A DNA stretch of 56,076 nt, the filler included, from Platydemus manokwari (Eukaryota), in the NCBI GenBank assembly GCA_037951405.1. It is 5 parts of 5 records of this genome, joined end to end, with 100 filler letters (N's around TTAATTAATTAA, not from the genome) between each part and the next. Parts side by side here need not be neighbours in the genome. Positions count along the whole stretch, not along the records: positions 10,032 to 25,646 come from JBBMOY011268095.1; positions 25,747 to 35,512 come from JBBMOY011207543.1; 3 more parts are not named here. The stretch is one strand, 5' to 3'. The translations under genes were made by a program, and so were the position numbers. The notes under the pieces were generated by a model that was not told the DNA's origin, searched no databases, and worked only from the letters and a program-made list of their open reading frames with translations. Shown in pieces: positions 11,885 to 25,949 of this stretch (position 1 is the stretch's first letter; each line of letters opens with the position of its first letter).

Positions 11885-12715
11885 CTCTAGCATAATAAAT
11901 AAATCATAAACTTTGCTAAATTAAATCCTTGTTAGGAATACAATAGAATGTATTCCAATGCCAAACGAAAATTTGTGATTTGAATGTGGTTTAATTGACA
12001 CCTACATCGATAGGAACTAATGATTCAGTAATGTGTTCAAAAACAATGAGAAATAATAGTGATAAAATTATATTTTATAAGAGATATGTGCAAATACATA
12101 ATTAAAACGCCTTCGAATTAAATCTTGTATAAAATTTCCCTAACTATATCTGAACTGTAAAAATTGAATTGTATAGCCGAATTATAATAAATTTAGAAAG
12201 TTTTGCATTGTTTCTTAGAAGCTTGTTTTCGGTTCTTCCAGACTGATACGAAATATATTGTAATTGGAAACTTCTTGATGAAGATTCCAAGTCCAGATTG
12301 CGTAAGTGGCCTTTGACTAATTTTTTGGTTTGGTCCAGAAGTTGCTTTTCTATTTGGTAAAACATTCCCTCAGATGACTAGTTTGCATTGTCTCTTGCCA
12401 ATTTGAGCATTTTACTTAGTTATTTGAGCTCTATTCAATCTTAGAATAAATATTATTTCTTTTTATTCCTATTTTGAATGTTCTAAAGTTTTGTTCTGAG
12501 TATAAATGGATTACACAAAGAAAATATCAAATAATATTCCTGGGTTTTAATGAATGTCTAAAATAGATGCACTTGATGGATATTATGGGTGTTTGGTGAT
12601 GATTTATAATTTGAATCAACCAGATACACTCAATGATCCAAATGTTATTCAATTCTAGTCTGTCAAAAGCACATTAATGGATATCCACCAAAAATCTGAC
12701 TCTTCACAGGAATAA

Positions 12716-13661
12716 GGTTACGGTTATAAATAATGAACGTGGATCAGTAAATAAAAACTAATATGATAAAAATACTTTTATTGATGAACTTGTATACAAA
12801 TATAAATTGATAAAATGATAAAATTAAAAGAGTAAGCTTTATGCCCTGAAGAATGAAAATCGGCGGAGGGTCTACATGCTCCGAATATAAACTAAAGAAA
12901 TGATAGCTAAGTTTAAAAATCTACAAATTCTGACGACTTTGCAGATGGTAATTCACTGTTTACCAACTCATCTCCTGTCGAAGATTGACGGAAAAACAAC
13001 GATAACGTATATGCAATTAAGGCTTACCATGCTGAATGAGGATAATTAAAATAAATTCCAATGCTTGCGAACGTAAGAGAAAATGAATTCCTATGCTTGC
13101 GAAAGTACGATAATTATGAGTTCCACTTCTTGTGAATGAATTGGTTCTGAATCCTAATACGTGTAAGCTGAATGAAATCTGAAGTCCACTGCGGAAATAA
13201 TGAATAAAAGTTTGTACGAGAAATTTTTGTGCTTTTTGTGTCTTATGGAATATGTTTATATAGTTATTTGTATTTATATAGGTTCTGTTTCATGCTTGCT
13301 TATGTTTCTGTAGGTTCTGCTTCGTGCTTCCTTATATTTATGTAGGTGCTGTTTCGTGCTTGCTTATGTTTATGTAGGCCATGCTTGTGCGTTGGCCTTT
13401 TCTGCTGATTTGATTTATTATTGCTGTGGGCTTTGATGAATAAGCCCTTATTCTACCAAATTGGTTACTGTTGACTAATACTAGCTGCTGATCAATTCCA
13501 TATGTTGTTATGGAATTTTGTGTACTAATGATTAATTCAATTTGGAATTTTGTTTTTAATTTGTAATTTTTATGTAATTTTTTATTATTATATTATCTGT
13601 ATTATATTATATGTACATCTAATTATATTATGTGTATGTCTATATTATATGTATATCCAAC
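12716..13661 (-). mobile_element. Probable solo LTR (~950 bp)
   Basis: Minus strand starts TGTTGG, has AATAAA near its end and ends ...CCGTAACC; non-coding, with internal tandem repeats; no TSD found. Confidence 0.4.
13281..13376. repeat. 32-bp tandem repeat, 3 copies
   Basis: ggttctgtttcatgcttgcttatgtttctgta / ggttctgcttcgtgcttccttatatttatgta / ggtgctgtttcgtgcttgcttatgtttatgta. Confidence 0.9.
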
Positions 13662-13824
13662 ACACTGCAGAAAGAAACAATGAAAAATCAAACGATAAAC
13701 CTCGAACAAGAGCTCTTAAATGAATTAAACTAAATTGAATAATCTGACCTGTAAACAACTTGGAACAATAAAATTACCTTTATTGAACTTGATGTAGTCT
13801 ACTAAATGAGATTTTGTGTAAACC

Positions 13825-14400
13825 TTTATTTGGCTGCTATAAATGTTTGGATTTTATATAAGCAAACAACAGGATAAAGGATATCGCGACAAGAGGAACT
13901 TGCCACCGAATACCGCGATATACATGAACAAGAAAAAATGGAAAATATGGCGAAAACTTCAGCAGATTCCACTACAATTTGTGAAAGACGAAAAACGTGT
14001 CAAATTGGATTTGACAAAAAAAATAAAACCATAAACATTAGTTCTACATGTAAAAAATATGTTTGTGGAAAATGTTTGCGGGAGAGAGCCGTCACCTGTA
14101 AAAAGTGCGACAACGAAAAAAATTTTTATTTAGTTTGAATAAGGACACGCATGTAAATTACTGAAGTAACATATCATTTTTCAGTTTCGAGCCTTCATTC
14201 TAAAAATGTACTCCTGAAGCCCGAGAATAAATGTTTTTTAATTATTATATGATAATTATTTTGTGTTTATTGTTTATACTAAATTCTATATTAATTGCAA
14301 TTAAATGTAAAAGACTATAATGTTTATTTCAAAATCGGTCATTTGACCGCCATCGGTAGAAATAGGTATATATATAATATGTCGGTAGGTTTAGTGTTAA
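13825..14400 (+). mobile_element. piggyBac 3' end (transposase C-terminus, TIR, TTAA)
   Basis: LAAINVWILYKQTTG*RISR and Cys-rich RKTCQIG...CKKYVCGKC...CKKC; terminus gtcggtaggtttagtg followed by TTAA at 14397-14400. Confidence 0.9.
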
Positions 14401-14929
14401 AAGCAACGCAATTGATTCGTTTGGCTACTCGAATTCTAGTTCGAAGAAGAAATATGTGATATGAATGTAAAATAAAATATTAAATATTTCAAAACCATCG
14501 GAATAAGAAAGTGAATATCATCAATTTGTATCTGAATTAAAAGTTGAAACTGAAAAAGTATAACAGTGGATTTCCAAGAAATGGAATATGGGTGACAACT
14601 GTGGTTTATGAAAAATTTTATTCCGTCAAAGTCCATATCAGATGAGAGAATGATATTCGATAATGAAATAAATACGGATAGAGCATTCTCTGAAAGATGG
14701 GATAACATCTACAAATTTCAAGATGAAATCCTTGTGTTGGGATCCCCAACTAACACAATTCAAACCAAACAAAAATATATGTTAAAAATTAAGTGAAGTT
14801 TTAATGCTGAAAATAATAGAATATTTGTTTGGAAAACATGTCATATGGAAATATATTATTTTGTGTTAAAAAAGATTATGACTTTTGAATCCAACATAAA
14901 AAATGAAGAAGTGTTGTGTTGTTCGCTGT

Positions 14930-17900
14930 TGCCAGACAGATTGGGGGATAACATCAAACACTTTATTAAAAAGTTTAATCGATTTTTTGAGGCTAGGAAA
15001 ATCCCAAAGTACGTCCAACACGCTATCGTTTAATGTAGTGGAAGATATTGTCTCACAAAATAACTAAAACAAAGTTAACTTTCCTCATGGCGCATTGTTC
15101 AGATGTGGAGCTTGAGAAATTAAAATGAGAGATATTGAGGAAGTCGATCAAATAAACGAAACCGTAAAAAAGCTCGATGAAGTAAGAAATAAAGAAAGAG
15201 AAGTAAACACAATGGGAGCAGAAGAATGGGCCACGATAGTCAGAGCACAACTAAAACACAGGCCTTTAGAATGAAAGTTAGATAATAGGACTTACTTAAA
15301 CTGCAAAAAACTAGGGCATATAGCACGAAATTGTAAAAGCGAGAAAGTCGTGACATGCTACGACTGTCACTAAGTAGGTCACATGACAAGATATTGTACA
15401 AATGTCCTAAAGTGCCTTAGATATCAATACCGAGAACATCAAGAGCAAATGCTGAGAGAAGGGGACAACAAAGGTCAAACTACAAACAAGGGACATCGAT
15501 AATTCAGCGAAGGTCTGATCACAGACAGAGGACCAATAGAATAAGTGAAAACAGACAGAGTTTCAACGGAAAAAATTACAGAATGGTGAACCTAAATAAT
15601 AGACAAGTAGCGGTGGTCGAGTAAAAATCGGATTCAGAATACGACGTAGAACACTCAAAAGAGAATGCGCCGACTCCCTTCGAGTGTATCGGGGCAATTC
15701 ACAAAACAGTAAATCTAAGTCTGAGCAAGATACCGAGAGTATAAGTGGTAATATTGATATTTATAATACAAGTAATTTAAAGCAAATAAACAAAATCAAA
15801 AATATAATAAACAAGCAAGGCTGTCCCCAGAACAAAAAAATTGGAAAGTGGAAATACAATTTGCAAACGGTAACAACGATGATATAGAATCAAGAAATAG
15901 AGTACAATAGAAAGTTGTAAATTTTATAAAGAAGAAGATGACTAAAAAGGTAGTAGAAAAACAAGGAGACGAAAAATTAGTAACGATCAATGAGTTAAAG
16001 CTTCCCCAGAACGAGCATAAATATAAAAATAGAGAATAAAGAATTTGAATGCTTGTTAGACGCGGGCTCATGAGTTAATTTTATAGATAAGACAATATTT
16101 GAGACACTCGAACAAGTAGAAATCGAATATGAAATTTTACGATTTGCTAACAACAGTATATTAGAGGTTGTTGGTAGAATAAGAACAAAAATCAAGTTCA
16201 AGACAGCGAGATTTGGTAGGATTGTAACCGATGAAGACAGATTCAAGAAAAGAAAAGAATGTCTTGCGGTGAAAGAAGGATCTCGTTTATGGGGAAGATT
16301 AAAAGCAAATAATAACGCATTCATGGCAGGTCTTTGAAACATTGGTTGTACAAAGTTAGTAAAATACAAGATTGTTACAAACGGACCTCGTAGACAACCA
16401 ATAAATTTAGAAGGAAAGGCAGAAGAGGCAATCAAGAATTAAGGAGAAAACAACATTATAAGAAAATGCAATTCACCGTGGAATACACCACTTAATAACG
16501 GAGAGACAAGCGTTTCCCATGCCAAATATGGAAGACCTATTAGACACTTTACACGGCTCTAAGTATTTCTCGTTAGTAGACTTGGGAAATGCATATGATC
16601 ATATTATCAGGTAGGGCTTCACAAAGAATCACAAGGAAAAACGATAATCTCGATGAAAGAGGAGCAATGCTGTTGTACATGGATGCCATTTGGGATAGCA
16701 ACAGTACCGGGAACATTTCAAGAATTGATGACAAAAATATTATTAGATATGAGAGATAAAGAAACCATGGCACATTTAGACGACATATTAAAAACGATAG
16801 AGAACACTATGAAATACTGGAAGAAGTAATAAAAAGAAATGCAAGACAATGCATCAATTTAGAAAAATGTAAAATAATGAGAATGAAGAAGGCATTAAGA
16901 GAGGTCCAAGTAAGATTGAAACAATAGAAAAATTTGAAAGAAAAAAATGTTTAAAAAACCTACGAAACTTTCTTGTAATTTGTGGACATTACAGGAGATT
17001 TATAAAGGAATACTCAAAAAAATCAAGAGCACTAAAAGAATTGTGTGGTAAAAATAGTGAAAAACTCATTTCAAATGAAGCATGCAGGAGTTCATCCTAA
17101 ATCTCGATGCAAGTTTCGACACAATAAGAGCGATATTATCGCAAAGAGATAAAAAATAAAATGAACGAATCATTGCGTACGAATCTCAAGCAATAAGCAA
17201 ACATGAGAAAGATATATTACTTCTGTCAGCATTTCAATCACTATTTGTACGGGAATCACATTCATGCTGAAAACAAAGAACCCAATAACTCCACAATTCC
17301 ATACATGGCTAAATTATGTAAGCAACCTGGATATACACCTGGATATGCTTTCAGGGAATACCTGTACGACATGTTCCCAATATCAAACGAAACACGAGAA
17401 CCCAAATACGGGAAAAATGAAGACCCGGATATTAACAAAAATGACAAAGAACATAGGAAAAGAATGATAGATTAAAAACGATGAGATAGAAATGATAAAA
17501 ATAAGGATAGTTCGAACGCGAAGTAGTAATTTCATGCTCGACAGAGACACAATAAAACTGAAGAAAACAAAATTTGGATATCAGTAGTGTAAAGACGAGA
17601 AATGATAGAACACACACAGGAACGGAAAAAGTCACGCAATATATAAAAAAATTTTGAAAGGGAAAGAAAATCAAAGTTATAACCCAGTGTGAACAATGCC
17701 AAACAACTAAACTGACAACAATGAAAACGAAGGAAAAACCAAAGTTACTGCATCGACATTTTCGGACCGTTGAGAAAAACAAATAGAGGAGAAAAATTTT
17801 ATAATTGCAATAATTGACCAGTTCAGTACATACATAATACTGACACCCATAAATAAACAAAACAAGGAAACAATAGAAAGAGTGATCCAGAATCAATGGG

Positions 17901-18095
17901 TATTAAAATACGGAGCATCCGAGGAAATACACGCAGATTGTGGAAAATGTTATGAATCACAGAGAATCAAAGATATGGCGTTCGAAATGAGAACGCAGTT
18001 GATATTCTCAAGTCCTTATCATCACAGCATTAATGGAATCATTGAACAACAATTTCGAATAATTAGGGATTACACAAACGTGACGATAGAAGAAA
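14930..18095 (+). mobile_element. Decayed Ty3/Gypsy internal region (gag-pro-RT-RNaseH-IN)
   Basis: CCHC knuckles (CKKLGHIARNC, CYDCH*VGHMTRYC), protease LLDAGS, RT (FPMPNMEDLLDTLHGSKYFSLVDLG, MPFG, HLDD), integrase (EEIHADCG, SSPYHHSINGIIE) in Gypsy order; many stops and frameshifts. Confidence 0.9.
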
Positions 18096-18289
18096 TACAA
18101 AATAATAGAATATTTGTTTGGAAAACATGTAATTTGGAAATATATTTCTGTGGTACAAAAATTACGAATTTTGACTACAACATAAATTGTGAAAAGAGTT
18201 AGCAACTAACAGCGAACATGAAGGTAAAGTTGTTTTTGCAAAAAGATTTATTAGAATGGGATAAATATAATAGGCAATTTATAAATGAG

Positions 18290-18625
18290 ATAATAATTTA
18301 TTGCAAAGTGTTGTTAATAAATTTAATAATAAAGTTTATTCAAATATTGGTGTTAAACCCTTTAAAGCAAGTAAAAATTCTGAAATAATTAAATGAAAAG
18401 TTGAAGAATGGAATAATTTTAATAATAATTTAAATGCTAAACCAAAAATTAAAATTTCAGATCGACTAAGAATTTTAAAAAATAAAAATAAATTTGAAAA
18501 AGGTTATACTACTAAATATTCAAATGAAATATTTGTTATTAAAGAAATTTGCAAAACTGACCCAATAACGTATAGATTAAATGATTTAAATGATGTAAAT
18601 ATTTTTGGAAGGTTTTATCGAAATT
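18290..18625 (+). pseudogene. Polinton/Maverick c-integrase C-terminal fragment
   Basis: KNKFEKGYTTKYSNEIFVIKEICKTDPITYRLNDLNDVNIFGRFY matches the Maverick pattern FEKGYxxxWSxEIFxI...PxTYxLxDLxxxxIxGxFY. Confidence 0.85.
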
Positions 18626-18719
18626 TTAAAAAATGTATTTATTTAAAACAATGATTAATAAGATAGCCAGGTAAAACTGACTTTATAAATTAGAGTCTTT
18701 CAAATGATTGACTCTATAA

Positions 18720-21700
18720 CATCACACTTCGCATTTTATCTGTTTCATCGTTGGCTCCCAATCTTTGATCTGTAATGGTTTGATTTTTTCGGCACTTATC
18801 AGCCTCAGTGGAATTGCCATTGGAGGTAGGATGTTGAAATATTATGCAATTCATTGCGATTTTATGGAATTCCAAGTTTTCGTAGGATATCCTACTGTGT
18901 ATTGTAGTCTTTTCTTCTTAATCATATCCCAGAGAGCTGAAAATTTTTAAATTTTTTGTTGTTAGTCTCTTTGATGAGTTTGGGTTCGTCCATTGGACAT
19001 TTGATATGCAGCAGCATAATTGTAAGCTTTCTTTAGTCAATCATCTGTATCTCTATTCCCAAATTAGATTCAATGAATTGACATTGAGTCCGTATTATTT
19101 ACAACATAATTTGCTATAATTTTCATAATTTGATCGTAGTAAAGACATGTGTTTGTGACTCTGTTGAGTAGAGGCACTTTCTACATGCCATTGTTAATGT
19201 GTCTGTCTTCACCTTGTGGATAAATTGAGACTATTTTCCTCCACATAGGGCTCGTTGTTCCGTTGAGACAATTGCAGCGTCCGCTTTAAATTCGCTTGTT
19301 CCAAAACATTTGATATGATTGGGCAAAGCATCTCCTTAACCTTTTTGGTGCTTCTTTTATTCTTTTACACTCTATAATTTCTGATTTTGCATAATTAAAC
19401 TCATTGGATAGAATATTTTGTTCGATTCTAAGCATTTAGATGCTATTGATAATTTCGGATCTCACAGAGATGTGTAGTTTCTTTGCGACATATTTAATTG
19501 ACTTTCTAACTTTTATGTGTTCTTGAAGTGCGGGAGTTCACTATGAAATGAAAGGCCAACGAAACAAACAAACAAAAAACGAGGTGAGGGATATCCCACC
19601 GCCTTGAAACGAAAATTTTTATGTTGAAATAAAATTTAGCATTTTTTTTAAGCCAGTCGAATATTCCACTTTGGTCTTTGGCCATGATTTTTGTATTTGC
19701 CGCTTTGTTCAGTGAGTGGTATGCCGCTTGTCTGGTAACTTCGTGTTTGCTGATGAGTAAATAGAACGCATGTATGATGGATCGGATGGCGTAATCCTCT
19801 GACATGTTCTTAAGATCGCAACCGCTATTGGATTTTGACGAATATAGATAGTTGGTGCTGCAGTACTTAGGAATACCCAACACTGTTTTCAGATTTTTGC
19901 GTGCCATCACGTCGAATTCCAATAGTCTGGTAAATGTGATGTAATAGTTCCGGAGGTGTGTATAAAGTACTGAAATGAGCTTAGCTTTTGCTACGGTAAG
20001 AGTATTGATTCTGTTAGCTTTTTCGTGCTCTTTTCAATCTCAATAAAGTTAATTCCTAGATATCGATAGTGATCTTCCAGTTTGGTGAGAGATATCCTTT
20101 GCCTGTCAAGGTAGACATTACTCAGGATGGAGCCACTATTCGTGACGTGCAGATTTCCACATTTGGAGGCTTTAAACCGGAAGCCTATTAATTGTGCAAG
20201 TGTTGATGCATCATTGACTATTTCACTAATTTCTCTGATTAGTGCGAGGTAGTCTGCATAGGTCAGGCAGGATATCTTGGTGGTGGCTATTAGTAAACGC
20301 CCAATTTTGTTTTCTTCCATTCTCACAAGTATGGGGTTGATAGTAATATTAAAAAGTAATATTGAGATTGGGCATCCTTGTCTGATCCCGCACTACATTA
20401 CGAATACATTTGTTTCGTAGTCACCGCATTTATATGTTGTTCGGCAGTTTCTATACAGGCATTTGATTAATTTGAGTGAATGTTTGTCAACACTCGAATG
20501 TTTTAGGATGGTGAACATGGATTTAAAATTTACAGATGGAAAGGCTTCCTTGATGTTCATAAATGCCTTTTTTGTATGTTTTTCGAATAAAGGAAATTAT
20601 GCTCTGTGCAACTGTCTGTTGGCCCTTAGCTTTTCTGCAGATGGTGTATTAGGTTGTAAGTCTCTACCAATTCTCGCAACTGTAAATAAAGGATCGTTGT
20701 TACCAATATATAGCAGCAATAAGTCCCCGTGACCCGATTTTTTCATTTTGTCGGTCCTTTATCGGTTTGTGGATCATTGTTGTTGAGTATGTCCGTCATT
20801 CCTCAGGTATTTCAATATTCTTTATGCATATTTTGAATAGAGCATATAGCATCTCTACAGTCGGGTCTGCGTAAAACAAATCTCGGTAGTTAATGTTGTT
20901 TCTTCCAGGTGAGGTCTTTCTCGGTAAGCATTTGATGTATTGTTTCGCAGTCTGTCTTGCTAAAGGAAAAGGTTGGCTCTTGTTTAGTTAGTTTCTTTAG
21001 TTCGCAGAATTGTAAAACAAGGTTTGTTGCATGGTAGTTGGCATTCATGGACAACAATGTGTGGATTTTATTTCTTGGTGTAAAGCTCCTTTATTTTACA
21101 TTTCTTTGGCAACGCATTAGCATGGATGGTTCTCGTTATGATTTCAAATGCCGCCGATAGTTCGTTGTTAAATAAGTTTCTCATTTTGATATCGATTTTT
21201 CCTCTGCTTATATCATTGTGTGCACTTTCTAAAAAAGACACCCTGGTGTTTAATTGTGGACATGCTTTTTACAAATTCACAGATGATTTAAAAAGTTTAG
21301 TTGATTGTTTCTTCTTTAAGATTCTTGGCTAAATTGTTCGCTGAGCTACGTCTACTTTTCAGGGCATCTTTAGGGGCCTCGTTATATATTGCGAGTAGTG
21401 GTTCTTCTCTTTTAATCTGTTTTCGGCGGTCGTGGAATGCTGCATTCGCATTCTCTTTTATTTTTGATATGTTGATTTTAGTTAACTTGCTATTTTTAGT
21501 GGTGTTACGGATGTACACAAATATCAAGGGTCCGCTTTCTTCAAAGTTGGATTCCAGGAGTCTGTCTTCATACGCTTCATTGATTTCTAGCTTATTTTTC
21601 AACCACAGAAGATGGGACAAGTTGTCTTTTAAATTATTTAGTATTTTAGTTTTATCATGGTTTGTTGAATTTCCTTCTGGGTCTATAAAGGCAATTTTGT

Positions 21701-22750
21701 TGTTGCTGATATTTGCAATTATGGGGATTCATATTTTGCACATTAGGAGTATAGGATAAAAGATGATTTCTCTGTTTTTAAAGTATTTGAAAAAAAGGTT
21801 TTCTTTGATTTCCTCGATGTTGTTAGCGGCTAACGATTTGTTTATGGTCGGTTCTAAAATTAGATAATTTCGACATCGAACTTCTTTTGAGCAGAGGACG
21901 ACTATATATCTCTCAAAAAACAGAAGGTGGTCATGTTAGTATGTTTCAATATCTGAGTTTTCTACCTGGTCCCCTGCGATATTTATACTGAATTTACTGA
22001 AGCCGCTAATTTTTGTGTCTGATCTGATATTTTCCACGTTATGCCTACTACATGTCCGCATACGAGGGCTCTTCAGTCGTCATTATCTGGGATTGACGAT
22101 TCTGGTAGCTATGTCATTCATTGAGCGTTTAATTTGCCCAACTGTCGCAATGTTTCATTGTGTTGATTAATATGGTAGCTTTTGCAGTTGCTCTACACAA
22201 GGACGCATTTTGGTTTCCTAATGGGTCGACAAACTCAAACCTTCATTTTATGAACCGACTAATAGAGTCCAATAAAGATTGTTGATGTTGATTGGAGTGA
22301 TTATGAGGCTGTATTTCTTGAGAGTATCCCGGTGTCCACTATGTCTAGGTTATGAAGAATAGTAGCTTCTGTGACATTGGATTTGAGGTAGTATAATATT
22401 TTTGTTTTGATGTTTCTAGTTATGTAATCGTCTATGTTATCTCCGGAGAACGAAAGAGAATTACATTAATGCAGTGAGGGCGTTCTTGTTGTTCTACCGG
22501 ATTTGCCTTAAGTGCTACACCACCAGTCTTGTTTAGTTAATCGGGGTCTTAATTTAATGTTTATCTGTAAATTTAGGAAATTTCATGATGGATCTTAGAG
22601 GCTTGTTTTTCGGCCTGGAATGTGATTCAGATTTCTGCTAAATGGCGAAGATCCATTTTAACAGGGCATAATCAATCCATTCGCAAGGAGCATATTTTCT
22701 TTTTACGGTAATATTCAAGAAAACGAGGAATTTTTGCATCAGAGCGGATT
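18720..22750 (-). mobile_element. Decayed R2-group (NeSL-like) non-LTR retrotransposon
   Basis: RT GIRQGCPISILLFNITINPIL and CLTYADYLAL (~20250-20390), YRYLGI, C-terminal knuckle CRKCLYSTESQTHV (~19150-19190), and an upstream Ulp1-like protease segment (~21500-21780); no APE domain seen. Confidence 0.8.
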
Positions 22751-23379
22751 AAGATCCTTTTATTACTATAGTAATTCTTCATAAGCTATTAATTCAAAAC
22801 TTTAACTATAATTTTTCATTATAAACATTGTACCCATGATTAGATTATTAGCAGTTCAATTATCATATTTTTAACCATATTATTTATCGATAATAATAAT
22901 TGGCAGTTATATTAGTATATAACTGCATTGATAATAATTTGCCAAAAATTCTCTTTAAACGGATCTTTTCTCCGTCCACTTCGGACTTTGCTGGCTACTT
23001 GCTGAGGCAATGTGCCGGCCATTTGATCATTTTTTTATTAAATCGCTCTCAGCTGTTTGTCTCTAAAAAATATATTTATTAAAACCCAATTGTGTTGATA
23101 TCGAGTTGAATCCGATAATATCATACAGTAATTAATCAACTCATAAAAATTAATTTACGTAATCATTTAAATAGCAGCATTATATAATAGTCAATTGGGT
23201 TGAGGAGCTTAATTGATTTAATATTGCAGCATTTCGATCAAGTTTTCGTTATCACTCAGGTGGACTACTGCCATCAACTAAAGTAAGTCTTAAGATAACA
23301 GTACTTATTAATTTTCCAATAGCGAGGTCTTCATACCCGTTATTGAAGCCCCTTAAGGTCCAGTAAAATAAATTAAAAC

Positions 23380-23680
23380 ACAACCACAACTATTTTCCTA
23401 GCTAGTGGTGAACGATTGAAATGTTGAAATTCTTGGCAAGCTTTAGCACTACTCTGGTACACTATTACTATAAACACTCTATCCGCAAATGAAAATTTAA
23501 AATCACCAGCTGCTTCCGCCATATTATAATAATTCAACTGATTAATAAGAAATAAGAAATAAAGTATATTAATAAGTGAATGATAATTAATATTCATGAG
23601 TATAAATACGTGAGTATAAATTATATTGTGTTTTGTTGTTTTATTTTAGTTTTAGAGACGGAAACTTATGAATCGCACGG
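23380..23680 (-). mobile_element. Tc1/mariner-superfamily element, 5' fragment (same family as 40953-41823)
   Basis: TIR ...tttagagacggaaacttatgaatcgcacgg + TA; MAEAAGDFKFSFADRVFIV aligns with ORF 41228-41680. Confidence 0.85.
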
Positions 23681-25949
23681 TATATTTTATAATCATACAG
23701 ATAAAATAATCATTTTTATACATCGATAATTATAATCAATCAATGTCCTTAATCAGTAAAGATGATTTCTAATTCAGTGTCAGAATCAATAAGTTCCACT
23801 ATATTTGTATTGAATTAAATTGGACTTGGAAGTTTGGGATTTTTCTCAGGCATTTAGGTACACAATCCAGCACCCGTTTCTTCTTATTTTTCTTCAATTT
23901 CTCCAGGCCCTATGTTACAGTCCATTGTTGCCATGTGTTCTGAGCTTTAGTTTCGTTATTATTCTCCCTCTCTGTCAAACCCATATTTTTTCAATATTAT
24001 GTCTTTTCTCACCGATTCTGTCATGTCATATTTCTTCGTCCACTGTTCACATGGCCTAACTGTCATAGAGATTTTCTCAACATCGGATGCATCATTAGTT
24101 TATCTTTCTGAGAATAGTGCCAGCTTGCCCGTGTCAAAAGTACAAACATATGATTTATACTTTTTATTTTTTAATTTTCAATTTCCAGCGATATTTCTGT
24201 CATTGAATTATCTTAATATTTTAAGCAAATTAAAATTTTGATTACCGATTATTTAGTCAACTATACCGTGGCTGGGATAAATTTTATTACAAAAATCTTT
24301 TGAATGAAGTTAATTCCACCAATTTCTGACAACATATAATTTCTGTGGACTATTTATAGCCTACTTGTATGAGTATAATCTCTATCAAATATTCAATCAT
24401 CATTGCAAAAGGAGGGTTGCTGGTCAATATGGTAAAATTCTCCAACCAATTTAAAAAAATTTGATTAATTTAAAATATCACCATAAAGAATAATGGTTGT
24501 CCATACTCCATAATTTAAATTTAATGTGTTTATAGTAAAGTATTTTCCAAAAAACACGAACACACACAATCACTTTTGTTAATACCCACCTATTAGAAAC
24601 ATTTTTTTCAATTCTATTAAGTGACTCCGGTGCCTTTCTCGATAAAACTGGTAACATGGCGACATTACATTCATCTTTAGACAGGTGACTCAGACGCCTA
24701 TTGTATCTATAAAGGTAATTTATTAAGAGATCTATTTCCATTATCGCTCTATAATGCCAAAACAACAAAGACAATTTAATTTATCAAAAGTAAATTGTTT
24801 TGAGTTGAAATTGATTTCCTTTTAAATCATTTTGAAATTCTTTGTGGGAAAAATATTTGTGTTCTTTCATAAAATAGATAAAATTAACTAAAAATCTATC
24901 CAACTGATATCGAAAAATTTCAACCTGTATTGGAAACAAATTAGATTAGTGGTTCGACAATTCTGAAAAGAATGTCACCCAATATAGTTATTGAATGAGA
25001 TATAAATTTATCCAATACATTAAAATCAAAGTTTTCAGCAAATCTTACGTTAGTTAAAATGAATAGGTTGATATTATAAAGGTAATGAAAAGAATCACAT
25101 TGATTAAAATCGGACTAGCGGATATACAGTTATTAGTCAAGGACATCCTTCCAAGCATTTGACTATTTCATAAAAATCCAGAAATTTTATGCATTTATTT
25201 AATGAATATCATTTGATATTGGATAAATAATCAGGAAAAATAGTAAATTTATTGCATACCTCAGTAAAAAATTTCGTTACAGGAATACTTATACCAAATC
25301 AATGGTAAGATTCTTCGAAACCACGACTTCCTAAATGTTTTTAAGTTAAGTTCTGTGACATATAATTCCATACGACGTTATTATATTACTATTTATAATT
25401 ATACCTTCTGGTTATAACTGATTATTTTTAAATTCAATTTCTAAATTTAACCGATCAATGTGAATAATCCATTTTTTATAAATTATTTTATTGATGTTGA
25501 TTTTATTTTCATGTGAAACTTGATTTTGGGTGGGGAAAACTTAATAATAAATCTGCTAACAGCCATTCATAGCAAGTTAAACCGATTTATATTTTTATTA
25601 AAATCTAATGATAAAATATTTTATATTCATTTTTTAAAAAGCATCANNNNNNNNNNNNNNNNNNNNNNNNNNNNNNNNNNNNNNNNNNNNTTAATTAATT
25701 AANNNNNNNNNNNNNNNNNNNNNNNNNNNNNNNNNNNNNNNNNNNNCAAAAATTGTGGTTCAAAATGAGTAGTTGAAATCATTAATAAGTCATTTAAATG
25801 TTCATCAGACAACCGTGACCTGTTCGTGTGTTTCATAGTAAGCTTGGCGGGCCCCTGGTTTAAGTTAAGAAAAGAGGTCTTAAAATAAAATTTTTAATTT
25901 GTTGAGTGTATTGCAAAAATCTATATAGTTTATTTAATAAAATTCTTTA

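Noticed and set aside
13281-13376. CRISPR-like 32-bp repeats
   Set aside because: Head-to-tail with no spacers, no cas genes, eukaryotic LTR-like context.
25790-25830. CTGATGA on the minus strand as a third hammerhead
   Set aside because: No stem II-GAAA-stem III follows; the same holds for the tgagactgat repeats at 3427-3630.
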